Source: Priapulus caudatus (Eukaryota). Taken from it: a stretch of 64,000 nt of DNA. This document shows, one piece after another, positions 13,526 through 25,513 of the stretch. The position numbers and the translations under genes were made by a program. How positions within the stretch are numbered: the first letter of the stretch is position 1; each line of letters begins with the position of its first letter. The notes beneath the pieces are model-generated. The model searched no databases and was not told where the DNA came from. It saw nothing but the letters and a program-made list of their open reading frames with translations. The stretch covers positions 555,918 to 619,917 of the forward strand of contig NW_014577065.1 in the NCBI RefSeq assembly GCF_000485595.1, given 5' to 3'.

Positions 13526-14612
13526 TGTAACGGAGCTGGTTTCACCATAGCTTATTATAATTACTGTTAGTTTGGGCATGAGGCCGTGCGGGTCGCGAAT
13601 TTGCGATTCCCAAACGTATAGCTTTGGAAGAAAAATTGAGAGCAACGTGATTGGCTAGAAAAATGTTAGGACACGCGTTATTAATCAACAAGCTAATATA
13701 TTAAAAATTAAGCTAATATTATAAAGAAAATATATTTAATTCAGAACATAAACAAATGTTACAGAACAAATAAATGCAGAAACAAATAAAATACAAAAGA
13801 AATTACATAACGCAGAGAAAAATAAGTAAAAACAACGTATGGCTTTCGAACGCTCTGGCGCTGATCCACTGAGGGAGATACTAAAATCGTAGATATAAAA
13901 ATTTGTTAACCCTATAACCCTACCTTAACCCTAACCTTAACCTAACCTAAACATAACCCTAACCGATCCTAACCCTAACCCCTACCCTAACCCTAACCTA
14001 ACCCTAATTCTAAAAAAAACAAATTAGCCAAAAATAATAAGAAATAAAAATAAATAAGGCCCCTGGTGCAAAATACGCAGATGGTGAGCGTGCGATAGTG
14101 GGGCGTGTCCTAAACATTTTCTACCCAATCACGTTGCTCAATTTTTCTTCCATAGCTATACGGTTTGGGAATCGCAAATTTGCGTGCGGGTCGCGTTGGC
14201 GACAAGCCAGGGGGAAATAGATGAGATATTCGTCGGTGCGCGCGATCCAAAGCGTGGAGGGTAATAGTAGAAAGCAATAGGTATCAGCTAACGACGTCAA
14301 CAGAGGGGCCGGAGTGCGGAATAATCTGTTATAACCCGCAGCCGGCGCACGTCGTGACCAGGGAGGTCAAACAACAAGCTCGGGTACATTTAAGGGCGCA
14401 GGAGGCTCTCCATTTGTTTGACTGTCATGCACGTGTAGTTACTTATACGCATCCAGCCTTACGTTTCTGCTCTTTACTTGTTGTTGCATTATGACCAATA
14501 TAGCTGTTTGTAGTACGTTACTTTACTAGTTCGTGTTTACTTCTTGTCTTACGCTGTTGCTATGCTTCACTCCTACGGCTCTTTCCCCACACCCTAGAAG
14601 TACGAGGTTACA
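13526..14612 (+). mobile_element. Solo LTR (TGTAAC...GTTACA) inserted in a (TA)n microsatellite, interrupted by a MITE
   Basis: 6-bp inverted TG..CA termini, TA repeats on both sides, about 490 bp after removing the nested MITE; TATA-like catttaag at ~14386 and AATATA at ~14496. Confidence 0.6.
13595..14183. mobile_element. MULE-like MITE with ~85-bp TIRs, 9-bp TSD and internal (CCCTAA)n
   Basis: TIR GC(G/A)AATTTGCGATTCCCAAAC...; direct repeat GTGCGGGTC at 13586-13594 and 14184-14192; telomere-type repeats ~13908-14008. Confidence 0.8.
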
Positions 14613-14714
14613 TATATATACATATATATTATATGTATATATGTATATATCAGGGGGTAATAATGACAATTTGTCATTATTAACCCCGATATATATATAT
14701 ATATATATATATAT

Positions 14715-15353
14715 GGTTTATTCCATTTCGCCATTTTCCCACTTCGCCATTTGCCATTTGCCATTAAAAATTCCCACTTCGCCATTTGCCGTTTCCCGTT
14801 TCGCCATTTCAACTTCGCATTTTCCCATTCTCGTCAGTTTCCCACTCGCCGTTTCCCATTTCGCCAGTTTCCCGTTTCGCCAGTTTCCCATTCCGCCATT
14901 TCGTCCTATCTCCCGGACCACCCCTTGTTCAAGGTGGCTAAAAGTAGGCCTCTGTAATGATAAATTAATAACGAATCTTTAGATATGAGAGTCAACTATT
15001 TATTTGAAGGAAACAGAGCGCGAAATCGTACATATTCAAACATATGGATCATGTAAGGCACCTAAACCCTAACCCTAACCCTTAGCCCTAACCCTAACCT
15101 AAGAAATGACTCTTTTTTAAGAATGAAAGATTAATTTCGTGCAGGGGTGGAAGCACATAAAATATTGGCGAAATGGGAAACTGGCGAAGTGGGAAAATGG
15201 GCGAAATGGCGAAAATGGCGAAATGGGAAAATGGCCGAAATGGGGAAAAATGGCAAAGGTTAGGGAAAATCGCAAATGGGAAACTGGCCCGAAATGGGAA
15301 ATGGGCAAAATGGAAATGGCCGAAGTGGGAAAATGGCGAAATGGGAAGACACC
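14715..15353. mobile_element. Foldback-type MITE with modular TIRs of CCATTT(CG) units and internal (CCCTAA)n, in a (TA)n tract
   Basis: 14715-14900 is the approximate reverse complement of 15165-15353; CCCTAA repeats 15061-15101. Confidence 0.7.
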
Positions 15354-15360
15354 ATATATA

Positions 15361-15393
<33 letters not shown>

Positions 15394-15539
15394 AATATAT
15401 AGTATAGAGAGAGAGAGAGAGAGAGAGAAGGAGAGAGAGAGGAGAGAGAGAGAGAGAGAGAGATGAGAGTGAGAGAGAGAGAAGACAGAGAGAGACGAGA
15501 GAGACGAGAGAGAGATGAGAAGAGAGAGAGAGACGAGAC

Positions 15540-15581
<42 letters not shown>

Positions 15582-15735
15582 GACGGAGAGAACTATTTGT
15601 TGTGCAACAAGATACGACAAATATATACGCGTTATACATGTAAGGTGTTCACATAGCAAACTGCACAAGTCCCGTGTACAGTATAGGACCTCACTGCGCT
15701 CTGCCTTTCAACATTATGTTGAAGTGTTATAACGA

Positions 15736-16470
15736 ACGTTGCCAGTCGACATCTATCGCGAAAAATATACGTGCAGATTCTTCTCTAAGCTTCTCTATTC
15801 TTCTCTATGCTAAATTTATGTTATCCGTCCGCGTGCTTGCATTATATGATTTTAGATAGCAAATCTTTTTCTGAATGTATGCATCAACTATAGCCGCGTT
15901 CACACGGAGCGAAGGAACTCGGGTCGAAAACTACCCGTTCGTCAAATGCGTCCGGGGACGAGCGTTCACACGGACGTGTTTCTCGGTACGAAAACGACTC
16001 GGGTCGTTCTCTGGTTCATTTTGCGTTCGGTGAACGCGGAATCGGGTTGGGAATTAGTACGTCACAACACGAAAGTAACAGAATAAAGTAACGAAGTAAA
16101 CAGAATATTGGAGCTTTGGTTGGAAGTCAGTTAGCAAGAGTTTTGATTGTTAATTTCGCATTGTTCGCTTGGACGCATTGTATTTTTTTTCTTCAGCCTC
16201 ACAGCTACGCAATAGCGTTTCCGTGTGAACCCTCGTCTTCAACGACGGCCCGTGTCGTTTATCGACACGGGTCGTTTTCGACCCCGAGTCCTTCGCTTCC
16301 GTGTGATACGCGGCTATAGTTGTGCATAACTTCAGAAAAGCATTTGCTATCTAAATCATATATGCAAGCACGTAGCGCCGGATACATAAATTTTAGGACT
16401 AGAGAAGGATATAGGAGAAGCTTAGAGAGAATTGCACGTATATTTTTCGCGTAGATGTACTTGGCAACGT
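15736..16470. mobile_element. Palindromic MITE (~150-bp arms) with a Harbinger-like MITE inserted at its centre
   Basis: Outer arms 15736-15890 and 16317-16470 are inverted; inner element 15892-16315 has AGCCGCGTTCACACGG / CCGTGTGATACGCGGCT termini. Confidence 0.7.
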
Positions 16471-17282
16471 CGACTTGTCATTTTTCGAGACGTCTTTGGA
16501 TGTGGAACGTCCTTGGATCACGACCAGATTTGCGTTTACACGGTCACCGTGCCCGCTAACTGTGAATTAGACGAAATTACGCAATGCATTTTTATGCTAA
16601 TACCAGGGCGGATTCGGGATGCTTAAACGGGGTGTCACTACGGGTACATGCTCTATAAATTGTATCAAATTTTGCAATATATGCATGTTTGCTTGGGCGG
16701 ATAATATCATTCGTCTCACACGGATGCGTTCACCATGTGCCAAAAGTACGGATAAACTCGAAACCAAAGCTTAACGTTTTAATGGTGTACGTTTCAGATA
16801 TCGCAGGCTCTTTTTGAATAGCAATTCGCAAATAAATAAATTTCGCCCCGATTAACGCATCTTCCACATATATGGACAGCTAACGGGCAGGATAGCTAGC
16901 CAACCAAACCACCCGATTCAATAAAAATAAATCCGATCATGAATATAGAACTAGTGTGTATTCTTACTGAATCTAAATGAGTAATGATATAATGTCGCTG
17001 CATGAGTCAGCGCATGAAGGGAAAGTGCCGTTGACTAGTTGTTAAATACAACTAATTATCCTCTTATGCTGCGTAACTTGCGTGATAAAGGGAGAGATTG
17101 CATGAAACTACGTCGAAAAACGAGAAGGGAGAGAAACGTCTTAAAGAGCTTTATTGAGACAACCTTGAGCTTTCCCCACGACTTGAGCATGTGCACAATT
17201 CGTGTGCCATCGAAAAGCCACCAGTGGCGGCGAGACTTACTAAGGGGAGGAACACCAGTTACCAAGTCAAGTCAGGCAGGCA

Positions 17283-17702
17283 GCAAGTAAGTCAGAACAA
17301 GTCAGAGTCGCAAGTCAAGCAGTTCAGAGTCAGAGTCAGAGTCAGAGTAGATCAGCAGTATCAGAGTCAGAGTATCAGAGTCAGAGTCAACAAGTCAGAG
17401 TCAGAGTCAGGAGGTCAAGGTAAAGTCAGAGTCAGAGTCAGAGTCAGTCAAGACGTAAGAGTCAGAGTCAGAGTTCGCAGAGTCGTCAGAGTCAGAGTCA
17501 GAGTCAGATGTCAGAAGTCAGAGTCAAGTCAGAGTCAGAGTCAGAGTCAGAGTCAGAGTCAGAGTCAGAGTCAGAGTCAGAGTCAGAGTCAAAGTCAGAG
17601 TCAGAGTCAGAGTCAGAGTCAGAGTCAGAGTCAGAGTCAGAGCCAGAGTCAGAATCAGAAATAAAGTCAGAGTCAGAGTCAGAGTCAGAGTCAGAGTCAG
17701 AG
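17283..17702 (+). repeat. (GAGTCA)n hexamer microsatellite
   Basis: Direct reading. Confidence 0.95.
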
Positions 17703-19022
17703 ACCGAGATGAACTTAAATTGTTGGGAAGCAGCTTATTTAACAGCGACGAACCCGATGGCGAGGGATTGCGAAGATGGCAAAGCAGTGAGGAACGGCAG
17801 GCCGTGCGTGAACGCGCCGAGCCGCTGTGACGCTACCTGTTCGGAAATCACTTCCGCCAATACTACGAGATGGACAAGGATACAGCAAGGGGATACAGAA
17901 GGGAGGAGAACAGGCATCCGGCTCCGGATGTTGAACCCACAGATTACGTGTTGGCCCGTAGTGACGCTATCGCATGCATGCTGCTTCGTGGTTGATACTT
18001 GGAAGCTGCGCCACATCGCACTATACATGGATTATGAGTAAATTGGCGGGAAAAAAATCCCTTCCTCAGCCACGGACGGCTGTCTCCGTCACGTGAAGGA
18101 CGATGTGATAGACGCGGCAGACATGCAGGCACACACGGACACTAGTTGCACTCTCTAGACAAGTTGGGCAGGAATTAAGCTCGTGGGTGTACCCGAAGTT
18201 GCCGTAAGAAAGATAGCACTGCTTGGTTACCGCTGGGTGTCGCACTAAGCATGAAGTCGGGCAGGAGTCACCTATTCCCCCATCAATCTGCAACGCCAGC
18301 AGGTTGGGTAAAAACAGGTCCTTTCCAATCCGGGATTACCTTATAGCTGCTGCCCGTACAAGGATCGGGGAGGTGGATGGACCGGGATTAAACTGAAATG
18401 TCTTGCCCGATTCGATTAGGTGCCGGCCATTTCTATATGAGTATAGCACTCCTGGATAGAAATATCCGACTTGTCATCCGAATCGCAATGTCCATCCCGC
18501 ATTGCATGTCGTGCGTGGACGGAATGACATTGTATAGTAGCGTGATACCCCACGCACACAGACTATTCGTAGTCAAGTGTACCGTATCATTGATTGTATT
18601 ATGAGCGCTTGAGCACGGGTAGAGCGTAGTGTGGGGAAACTAATTTGCTCCAATAATTACATGACCAACTTGGAAACAGATTTACATAGAGATTTCACAG
18701 GTATTGTCACGCACGCGTGGTTGCCTTAGCACATACCGGACAGTAGTGATTCAGCACTGCGGCAGACGATGCAGCTGTCGCAACAAGTGTAAACACAGTC
18801 TTTACATGTTATATCCAGTACGCGCCCGTTGATAAGAACAGTCATGATGGCGTGACGCGGATCGGACGAGGAGCGATTGTAGCAGGATCTAGTACAGATC
18901 TGATGTTAATATAATTATAGAGATCAATGCGCAGAAAACTGCAGTACCGTCACGGTGTCTTCTATTATAATGGTGGCCACATTCGTTGAAGAATCGCAAT
19001 GCTGGTCATACAGTCATATTAC

Positions 19023-19106
19023 CAAGAGCGTATAAAGAAGCCTTCTTTATACGCTCTTGATATTACCAAGAGTATACATAATGAGAGATCCCATTATGTA
19101 CTATTG
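19023..19106. mobile_element. Two tandem P/Galileo-like micro-elements (37 and 40 bp)
   Basis: CAAGAG...CTCTTG and CAAGAG...CTATTG hairpins separated and flanked by three copies of ATATTAC (19016, 19060, 19107). Confidence 0.65.
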
Positions 19107-19232
19107 ATATTACAGACTCCCATATTACATTATACACATATACATACATACATACATACATACATACATACATACATACATACATACATACATACATACA
19201 TACATACNNNNNNNNNNNNNNNNNNNNNNNNN

Positions 19233-20807
19233 ATGAAAACTGATGTCATTAATTCGAATGTTAAATTATCTAATCATTGAAATGTTCAATTCTTATTACA
19301 ATGTTGTGTCTGTGTGAAGATTGACAGATAGGTAGATAAATCCAGCCCAATGAGATATTTTCTGTTATTGTGCTGTAAAGAAGGGGAGTTTCTAGAAGCG
19401 TCTCTCTACAAAAAACTCTCGGTGCGTCTAAAACTTAGCTATGATTAGAAGCGCGCGAGGGACAAGCAACCATGAACCTGTAGGTGGCGCAACTGCTAGT
19501 TATGGACCTACGGGAGGACACTACCACAGACTAATCCGTTTGTCTGTGCACGTACGCTCGTTGCTAGCAGTTATTATTACGGGTACAATATACGGGGTCA
19601 GCCTACCATAGGGGCAGTCCCTACTTGGCTAGCTTCTCGACGAGAGTGAGTACCTACGTGGATCGCTATTTTAAGCATTGTAGTTCGGTGATTGAAGATG
19701 TTTAAAAGTCTTGACGTATAGTACGATATCTCTTTCCACGAATGTATTTTATGTTTATTGTCTTAGACAGGACTGTGCGTAGAATGCTCCGTATGTAAAG
19801 GCTGGAGAAAAACATTAGCCTTGATTTTGGTTAATTGATTAAATTCTGATTAAAACAACTCAGCGCCTGGGCAATTGATCACAATGGCGATGCGAGTCGA
19901 TTTCCTTATTTTCCCGTATCAGTCAACAGATTTCATTCATACCATGAACAAAAGTTGCATCTAAAATAAATACTGCGTTGGTTCAATATTTTCACATTTT
20001 GTGTCTTGTGTCTGGTTTCTTACACTTACTAGTTAGTTCGTGTAATTTATAGTGGCGTAGACTTAAGAGGATGAGTATTACTCTAGGTTCTATGGTTATT
20101 TTCAAGCTAATTTAGGTATAATTATCTCGTACATAAAAGTTTCATGCTTCAATCACCATTAGAAATATTATTAAAAAATCTTGTATTTAAAACTAACTGA
20201 CTACAGTTTGATTACCAACGACGGTGGCTGCCACTCAAGCGCACGATCTGATAATGTTGCGCAACCCACTTTCCAGCCAAGGCTACAGACCGAGGTGTTT
20301 CTTATTTATTCATTAAAAGCAAAAGGATTGGTAAATATCTTATTAATACGACATATAGTTCAGGTTATTAATATGGATAAATGTGCCCTAAAATTAATAT
20401 CGTTCGGTTAAATAGCATTTAGTATAATATACGATTGGCACTGTTTGTGACATTACGCACCTCGTGTCTGTAACCTGCCATAAATAAATGTCAAATACGC
20501 TAACTTTTTCGGTGGCAGCACGGTCGCGTGTCATGGCGCCGTTTCAAATTTCGCTAGCGTTGATGTGTAATTAATTTAACAATGAAATAAGGTCCTGTAA
20601 CAAATACGCTGTGGGTATACGACGAACTTTTTATACAGTAAGTACAGTTGTATGCAGTATAAAATCCTGAGAGCGCTACTGCCTTTAAACAACAAGTCCC
20701 TTAAATGCAGTGTCACAATCCTCCTGTACAAATACCTACCTAGTACTGCATACAGCTGTCCTAAATTGTCAAGTGTGGTGTGTGAGGATCGCTATAAGTA
20801 TATAATG

Positions 20808-20838
<31 letters not shown>

Positions 20839-22872
20839 TGTATGTATGTATTATGTATGTATGTATGTATGTATGTATGTAGTACTGTATGTAATGTATG
20901 TATGTAAGTGTTGTGTGTGTGTGTGTGTGTGATGTGTGTGTGTGTGTGTTGTGTGGTGTGTGTGTATGTAGTATTAGTATGTATGTATATGATGTATGAT
21001 GTAGTATGTATGTATGTATGCTATGTATGTAATGTATGTAAGTATGTATCATGTAATGTATTGTATGATAGAGTTGTGCTATGTAATGTATGTAGTATGA
21101 TGATGTATGTATGTAGTATGATATGTATTGTATGTATAGTATGTATGTCCTGATGTATAATGTATGTATGTATGTATGTATTGTATGATATGTATGGTAT
21201 GTATATAGTATGTATGTATGTATGTAATGTATCGTTGTATGTAATGTATGTATGTATGTATGTATGTATGTATGTATATGTCTGTATGTAGTATTATGTT
21301 TATGTATGTATGTATTTAGTGTATTGTATGAATGTATGTATTATGCTATTGTAATTATGTAGTTATGTATGTATGTATGTATGTATTGTATGTATGTATG
21401 TAGTATGTATGTATGCTATGTATTTGTATGATATGTATGTATGATGTCTGTAATGTAATGTAATGTATGTATGTAATGTATGTATGTTATTATGTATGTA
21501 TGTATGTATGTATGTATATGTAGTATGTATGGTATGTATTGTATTGTATGATGTATGTATGTAGTATGTATGTATGTTATGTATGTATGTATGTATGTAT
21601 TATGTATTATGTAGATGTATGTAATGTATGTATGTAGTATGTATTATGTAATGTATGTATGCGTATGTATGTATGTATGTTATATGTATTAGTATTATTG
21701 TATGTATCATGTATGTACGTAACGTACGTACGGTACGTACGTACGTACGTACGTACGTACGTACGTACGTACGTACTATGTATGTAATGTTATGTATGTA
21801 TGTATGTATGTCATGTATGTATGTATGTATGTATATGTAGTGTATCTACCCTATGTATGTATGTATTTACGCACGCAACGCCCGAACGCACGCAACGCAC
21901 GCACGCACGCCGCACGCAACGGCATGCATGCATGCATGGCATACATACATACATACATACATATATACGTTATAGACGACTCCCACACGATCACACTTGA
22001 CAATTTAGGTACAGCTGTATTAGTACTGGGTAGGTATTGGTACTAGGAGGATTGTGAACTGATTGAAGCGATTGTTGTTTAAGTCTCACTCCACAATAAA
22101 TACACGAACTAATAGTAAGTGTAAGAAACCAACACAAACACAAAATTGAAAATTTGAACAACGCAGTATTTATTTTAGATGCAACATTTTGTTCATGTTA
22201 TGAATGAATCTGTTGACTGATCGGGGAAAATAAGGAAATCGACTCGCATCGCCATTTGATCAATTGCCCAGGCGCTGAGTTGTTTTAATCAAATTTAATC
22301 AATAACCAAATCAAAGGTATGTTTTTCTCCAGCTTACATACCGAGCATTCTTACGCACACAAGTCTGTCTAAAGCCAATAAACAATAAAATACAATTCGT
22401 GAAAGAGATATCGTACATATACGTCAAACTTTTAAACATCTTCAATCACCGAGACTACAATGTAAAATAGCGATCCACGTAGGTACTGATCTCGTAGAAG
22501 GCTAGCCAAGTAGGGACTGCCCCTATGGTAGGCTGACCCCCGTATATTGTACCCGTATATAATATGCTAGCACACGTAGGTAGTGTCCTCGTAGGTCCAC
22601 ATAACCTAGCATGTTGCGTCACCTACAGGTTCATGGTAGCTTTCCCTCGCGCGCTCTAATCTTTGCTAAGTTTTAGCGGCACCGAGAGTTTTTGTAAGAG
22701 AACGTTCTAGAACTCCCCTTCTTTACACACAATACAGAAATATCTCATGTGGGCCTGGATTATATCTACCTATCTGTCAATCTTCACAAGACACAACATT
22801 GTAATAAGTAATTGAACATTTCAGATAGATAATTTATCCTTTTTAACATTCGAATTAATGACACAGTTTTCA
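19233..22872. repeat. Long inverted duplication around a degenerate (ATGT)n microsatellite
   Basis: 19233-20066 plus 20685-20795 is the reverse complement of ~21975-22872; the centre 20800-21960 is ATGT/ACGT repeats. Confidence 0.85.
20067..20684. mobile_element. TTAA-flanked (Kolobok-like) non-autonomous insertion
   Basis: TTAA at 20063-20066 and 20685-20688, degenerate AGG..CCT termini; the inverted duplicate of the flanks has an empty single TTAA at 22079-22082. Confidence 0.65.
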
Positions 22873-22904
22873 TCTACACATTCACGTTGTACACATTACC
22901 GCTC

Positions 22905-23900
22905 GCACAAGTCTTTTTAAAACCAATCAGCAGTAACACAAATCCGTGAAGGAGAACTCCGTAACGTAAGCTTCTTAAATATGAGACAATTTCTTAATTC
23001 TAATACAACTTCTTATCTTCGTGATAAGTTCACAACTTTATGACAACATCTTGTGTCTATTAAATTAAAATATATAATCAATGAATTAAATAAGCGTAAC
23101 ACAACGTTTTACGTGTAGAACAACTTCATAGCTCTAAGATAACTACGCAATTCGGAGACAACTTCATAATTACATTTTACTTATTTATTTTTACTTTTTT
23201 TTAAACTTAAAAAAACATTTTTATCATAATTACTTAGACAACTTCTCAACTGTAAGATAACTACATCAAGCAACAAATTATGAGAACACCGGTGCGCAAA
23301 GAAGTCATTAGCTGGTTGTAGCGTAATGGATATACGACTGGCACGTATACCTGTTGATCGTACAGAGTGCGATGCTTAACAGGATTGCTTGAAGAGTAGA
23401 GATGGCATAGCCCGTAAAACACACGCACAAGTCTTTCTAAAGCTAATCAGCAGTAACACAAATCCACAAAGGAGAACTCGTACATTTACCAAGAACTTTA
23501 ACACATCTACAATCACCATTACAACAATGCGAAACAGTAAGCATGTTGCCGGTAAAATTCACCACGCTTACATCAACAACGTAAACTTTTTAACTATGAG
23601 ACAACTTTTTTAACTGTAAACAATTTCTTAATTATAATACAACTTCTTATCTTCATGATTAGTTCACAACTTTATGACAACATCCTATCTCCATTAAATT
23701 AAAATAAATTATTAATAAATTAAATAAGTGTAACGCAACGTTTTACGTGTAGAACAACTTCATAGCTCTAAGATAACTACGTAATTCGGAGACAACTTCA
23801 TGATAACATTTTACTTACTTACTTTTTACTTTTTTTATTATAATTACTTCGACAATACATTTTCATAAATCTAAGACAACTTCTCAACTGTAAGATAACT
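22905..23900 (+). repeat. Direct duplication of an AT-rich ACAACTTC-containing segment
   Basis: 22905-23262 is similar to 23425-23900. Confidence 0.7.
23277..23466 (-). pseudogene. Fragment of a paralogous GPCR (TM3-ICL2 region)
   Basis: Nucleotide similarity to 24958-25146 (e.g. gctggttgtagcgtaa, cctgttgat.gtacagagt, aggattgcttgaaga, gcatagcccgtaaaa), with indels. Confidence 0.75.
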
Positions 23901-24431
23901 TACTAACTCTAAACAACTAACTCTTAACTCTAAAACTGTTTCTTAACTTTAAGACAAATTAATGACTTTAGGAGAACATTCGTTCGTAAAGCAGTCGACG
24001 ATGCAGGAATGTTGTGAGTCTACCCGGTAGTGTGAGTCGATCCGAACCTGGCTGTTACATTGCAGGTGGAGGTGCAGCCATATGAGACGTGACTGACCCC
24101 TCGAGCAATCCTCCTGTGCTTCCCCCTCAGTAGTCGTCTGAGCGACCCAGAGGGTGTATCCGAGCATTAACCGTTCTCGGCTGTGGTCGAGTATAGGTTA
24201 TGAATAATAAATTATACAATATAATATAAATATACAACATAGATTGTCTACGAAACGAACGATATCTATAGATCTTAGAAGTTGGTTAATCCAATTGACT
24301 TGTCACGAAAGAAAATTACGCTTACTTGATACACTTGGATGTTTGAGGACGATTTACCCAGTAAATTTGGAGCCACCTTCTTAGGCTTGCTAATTTTGTG
24401 GAAGAATGGTGCGCTACATGGCATTTGTGCC

Positions 24432-25513
24432 TTACGCCACGTTCGGTTGAATTGGTGCAACGGTGGACGGCAAGCACCCGAACACCTCCCTTACGGCCAG
24501 ACGAAAGTGTTTGTACTTGTAGAAGCAAATGATTGGATTCAGTAATGAATTAGCAATCAGCGTATTGGTTCGAATAATCCGGAGTATTTGTAGCTCTGAC
24601 GGAAAGCGGTGGATTAAGATCATGTGTACTACGTGCGGTACATAAAGAACGAACGAGGTGCCAACAACGGTAAGTATGATCTTTGACATCTTCAGCATCT
24701 TATGAAAAGTGGACATTTCCTGTTCTCTCCCGGTGTTGCTGCGGCCATTCTTCGCGTGTGGTCCCAAGCAATCCTGGCGATAACTATGTAGCAGTACAGC
24801 ATGACGATAAATAAAACAATATAATGACCGATTAAAAAGTTCACGAAACTGGGCAGGAGCTCTAAGTCGACGATGCATGCTTTTGGTGGTGGCCTCCAGG
24901 TATATGTTATTTGGATAGCTGCCACAGCACCGCAGGCAAGCGCGTACATCAAGCTCGAAATTATGAGAACACTAGTGCGCGAAGAAGTCATCAGCTGGTT
25001 GTAGCGTAACGGATGTACGATTGCCACGTACCTGTTGATTGTACAGAGTCCGATGCCTAGCAGGATTGCTTGAAGAATAGTGATAGCATAGCCCGTAAAA
25101 AACGCGCATCGCAGCATCGTGTCACGACGAATCATCGCTAATCCACATGTGCATCCCAATACGAAGTCACAGCAAGCCATGTTTACGATCGTAAAATTTG
25201 ATGGTATTTGCAACCGGGGAATCTTTGCTACGATGATAATCACGAGACCATTTCCCACCGTTATGAGCACACCGGCCATCAAGAACAGTGACAATACCAA
25301 TACTTTAGCAAACAGTGTTATGTCATCAAAATACACGTTGGTAAGAGTGTATTCAACTGCGCCATCACTTTGACCATCTATCGGGTTGTTGTTGTTCTCG
25401 AATCGACTTCTATTAATTGAAATTGATGTAGTATTCGTCGCCATTTTTTCGTTCGTTTCTCCAGATTCTCGTTTTAAGAGGGCTGCTGAGCTCTGTAGGA
25501 AGCTAATATCCAT
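24432..25513 (-). pseudogene. Single-exon class A (rhodopsin-like) GPCR with a 1-nt frameshift in ICL3 (pseudogene or sequencing error)
   Basis: ORF 25513-24692 gives TM1-TM5 (GNGLVI, NMACCDFVLG, INRYVAIVHPLRY, MLYCYIVIARIAW); overlapping ORF ending at 24432 gives TM6-TM7-H8 (FVLYVP, NSLLNPIICFYKYKHFR). The span of 1082 nt is one base short of a 361-codon frame; shift near 24720-24735. Confidence 0.85.

Noticed and set aside
13908..15101. CCCTAA arrays as a telomere or chromosome fusion site
   Set aside because: Short, degenerate and enclosed within TIR elements.
17191..18041. SQ/ES/RV-repeat ORFs
   Set aside because: Products of the (GAGTCA)n array.
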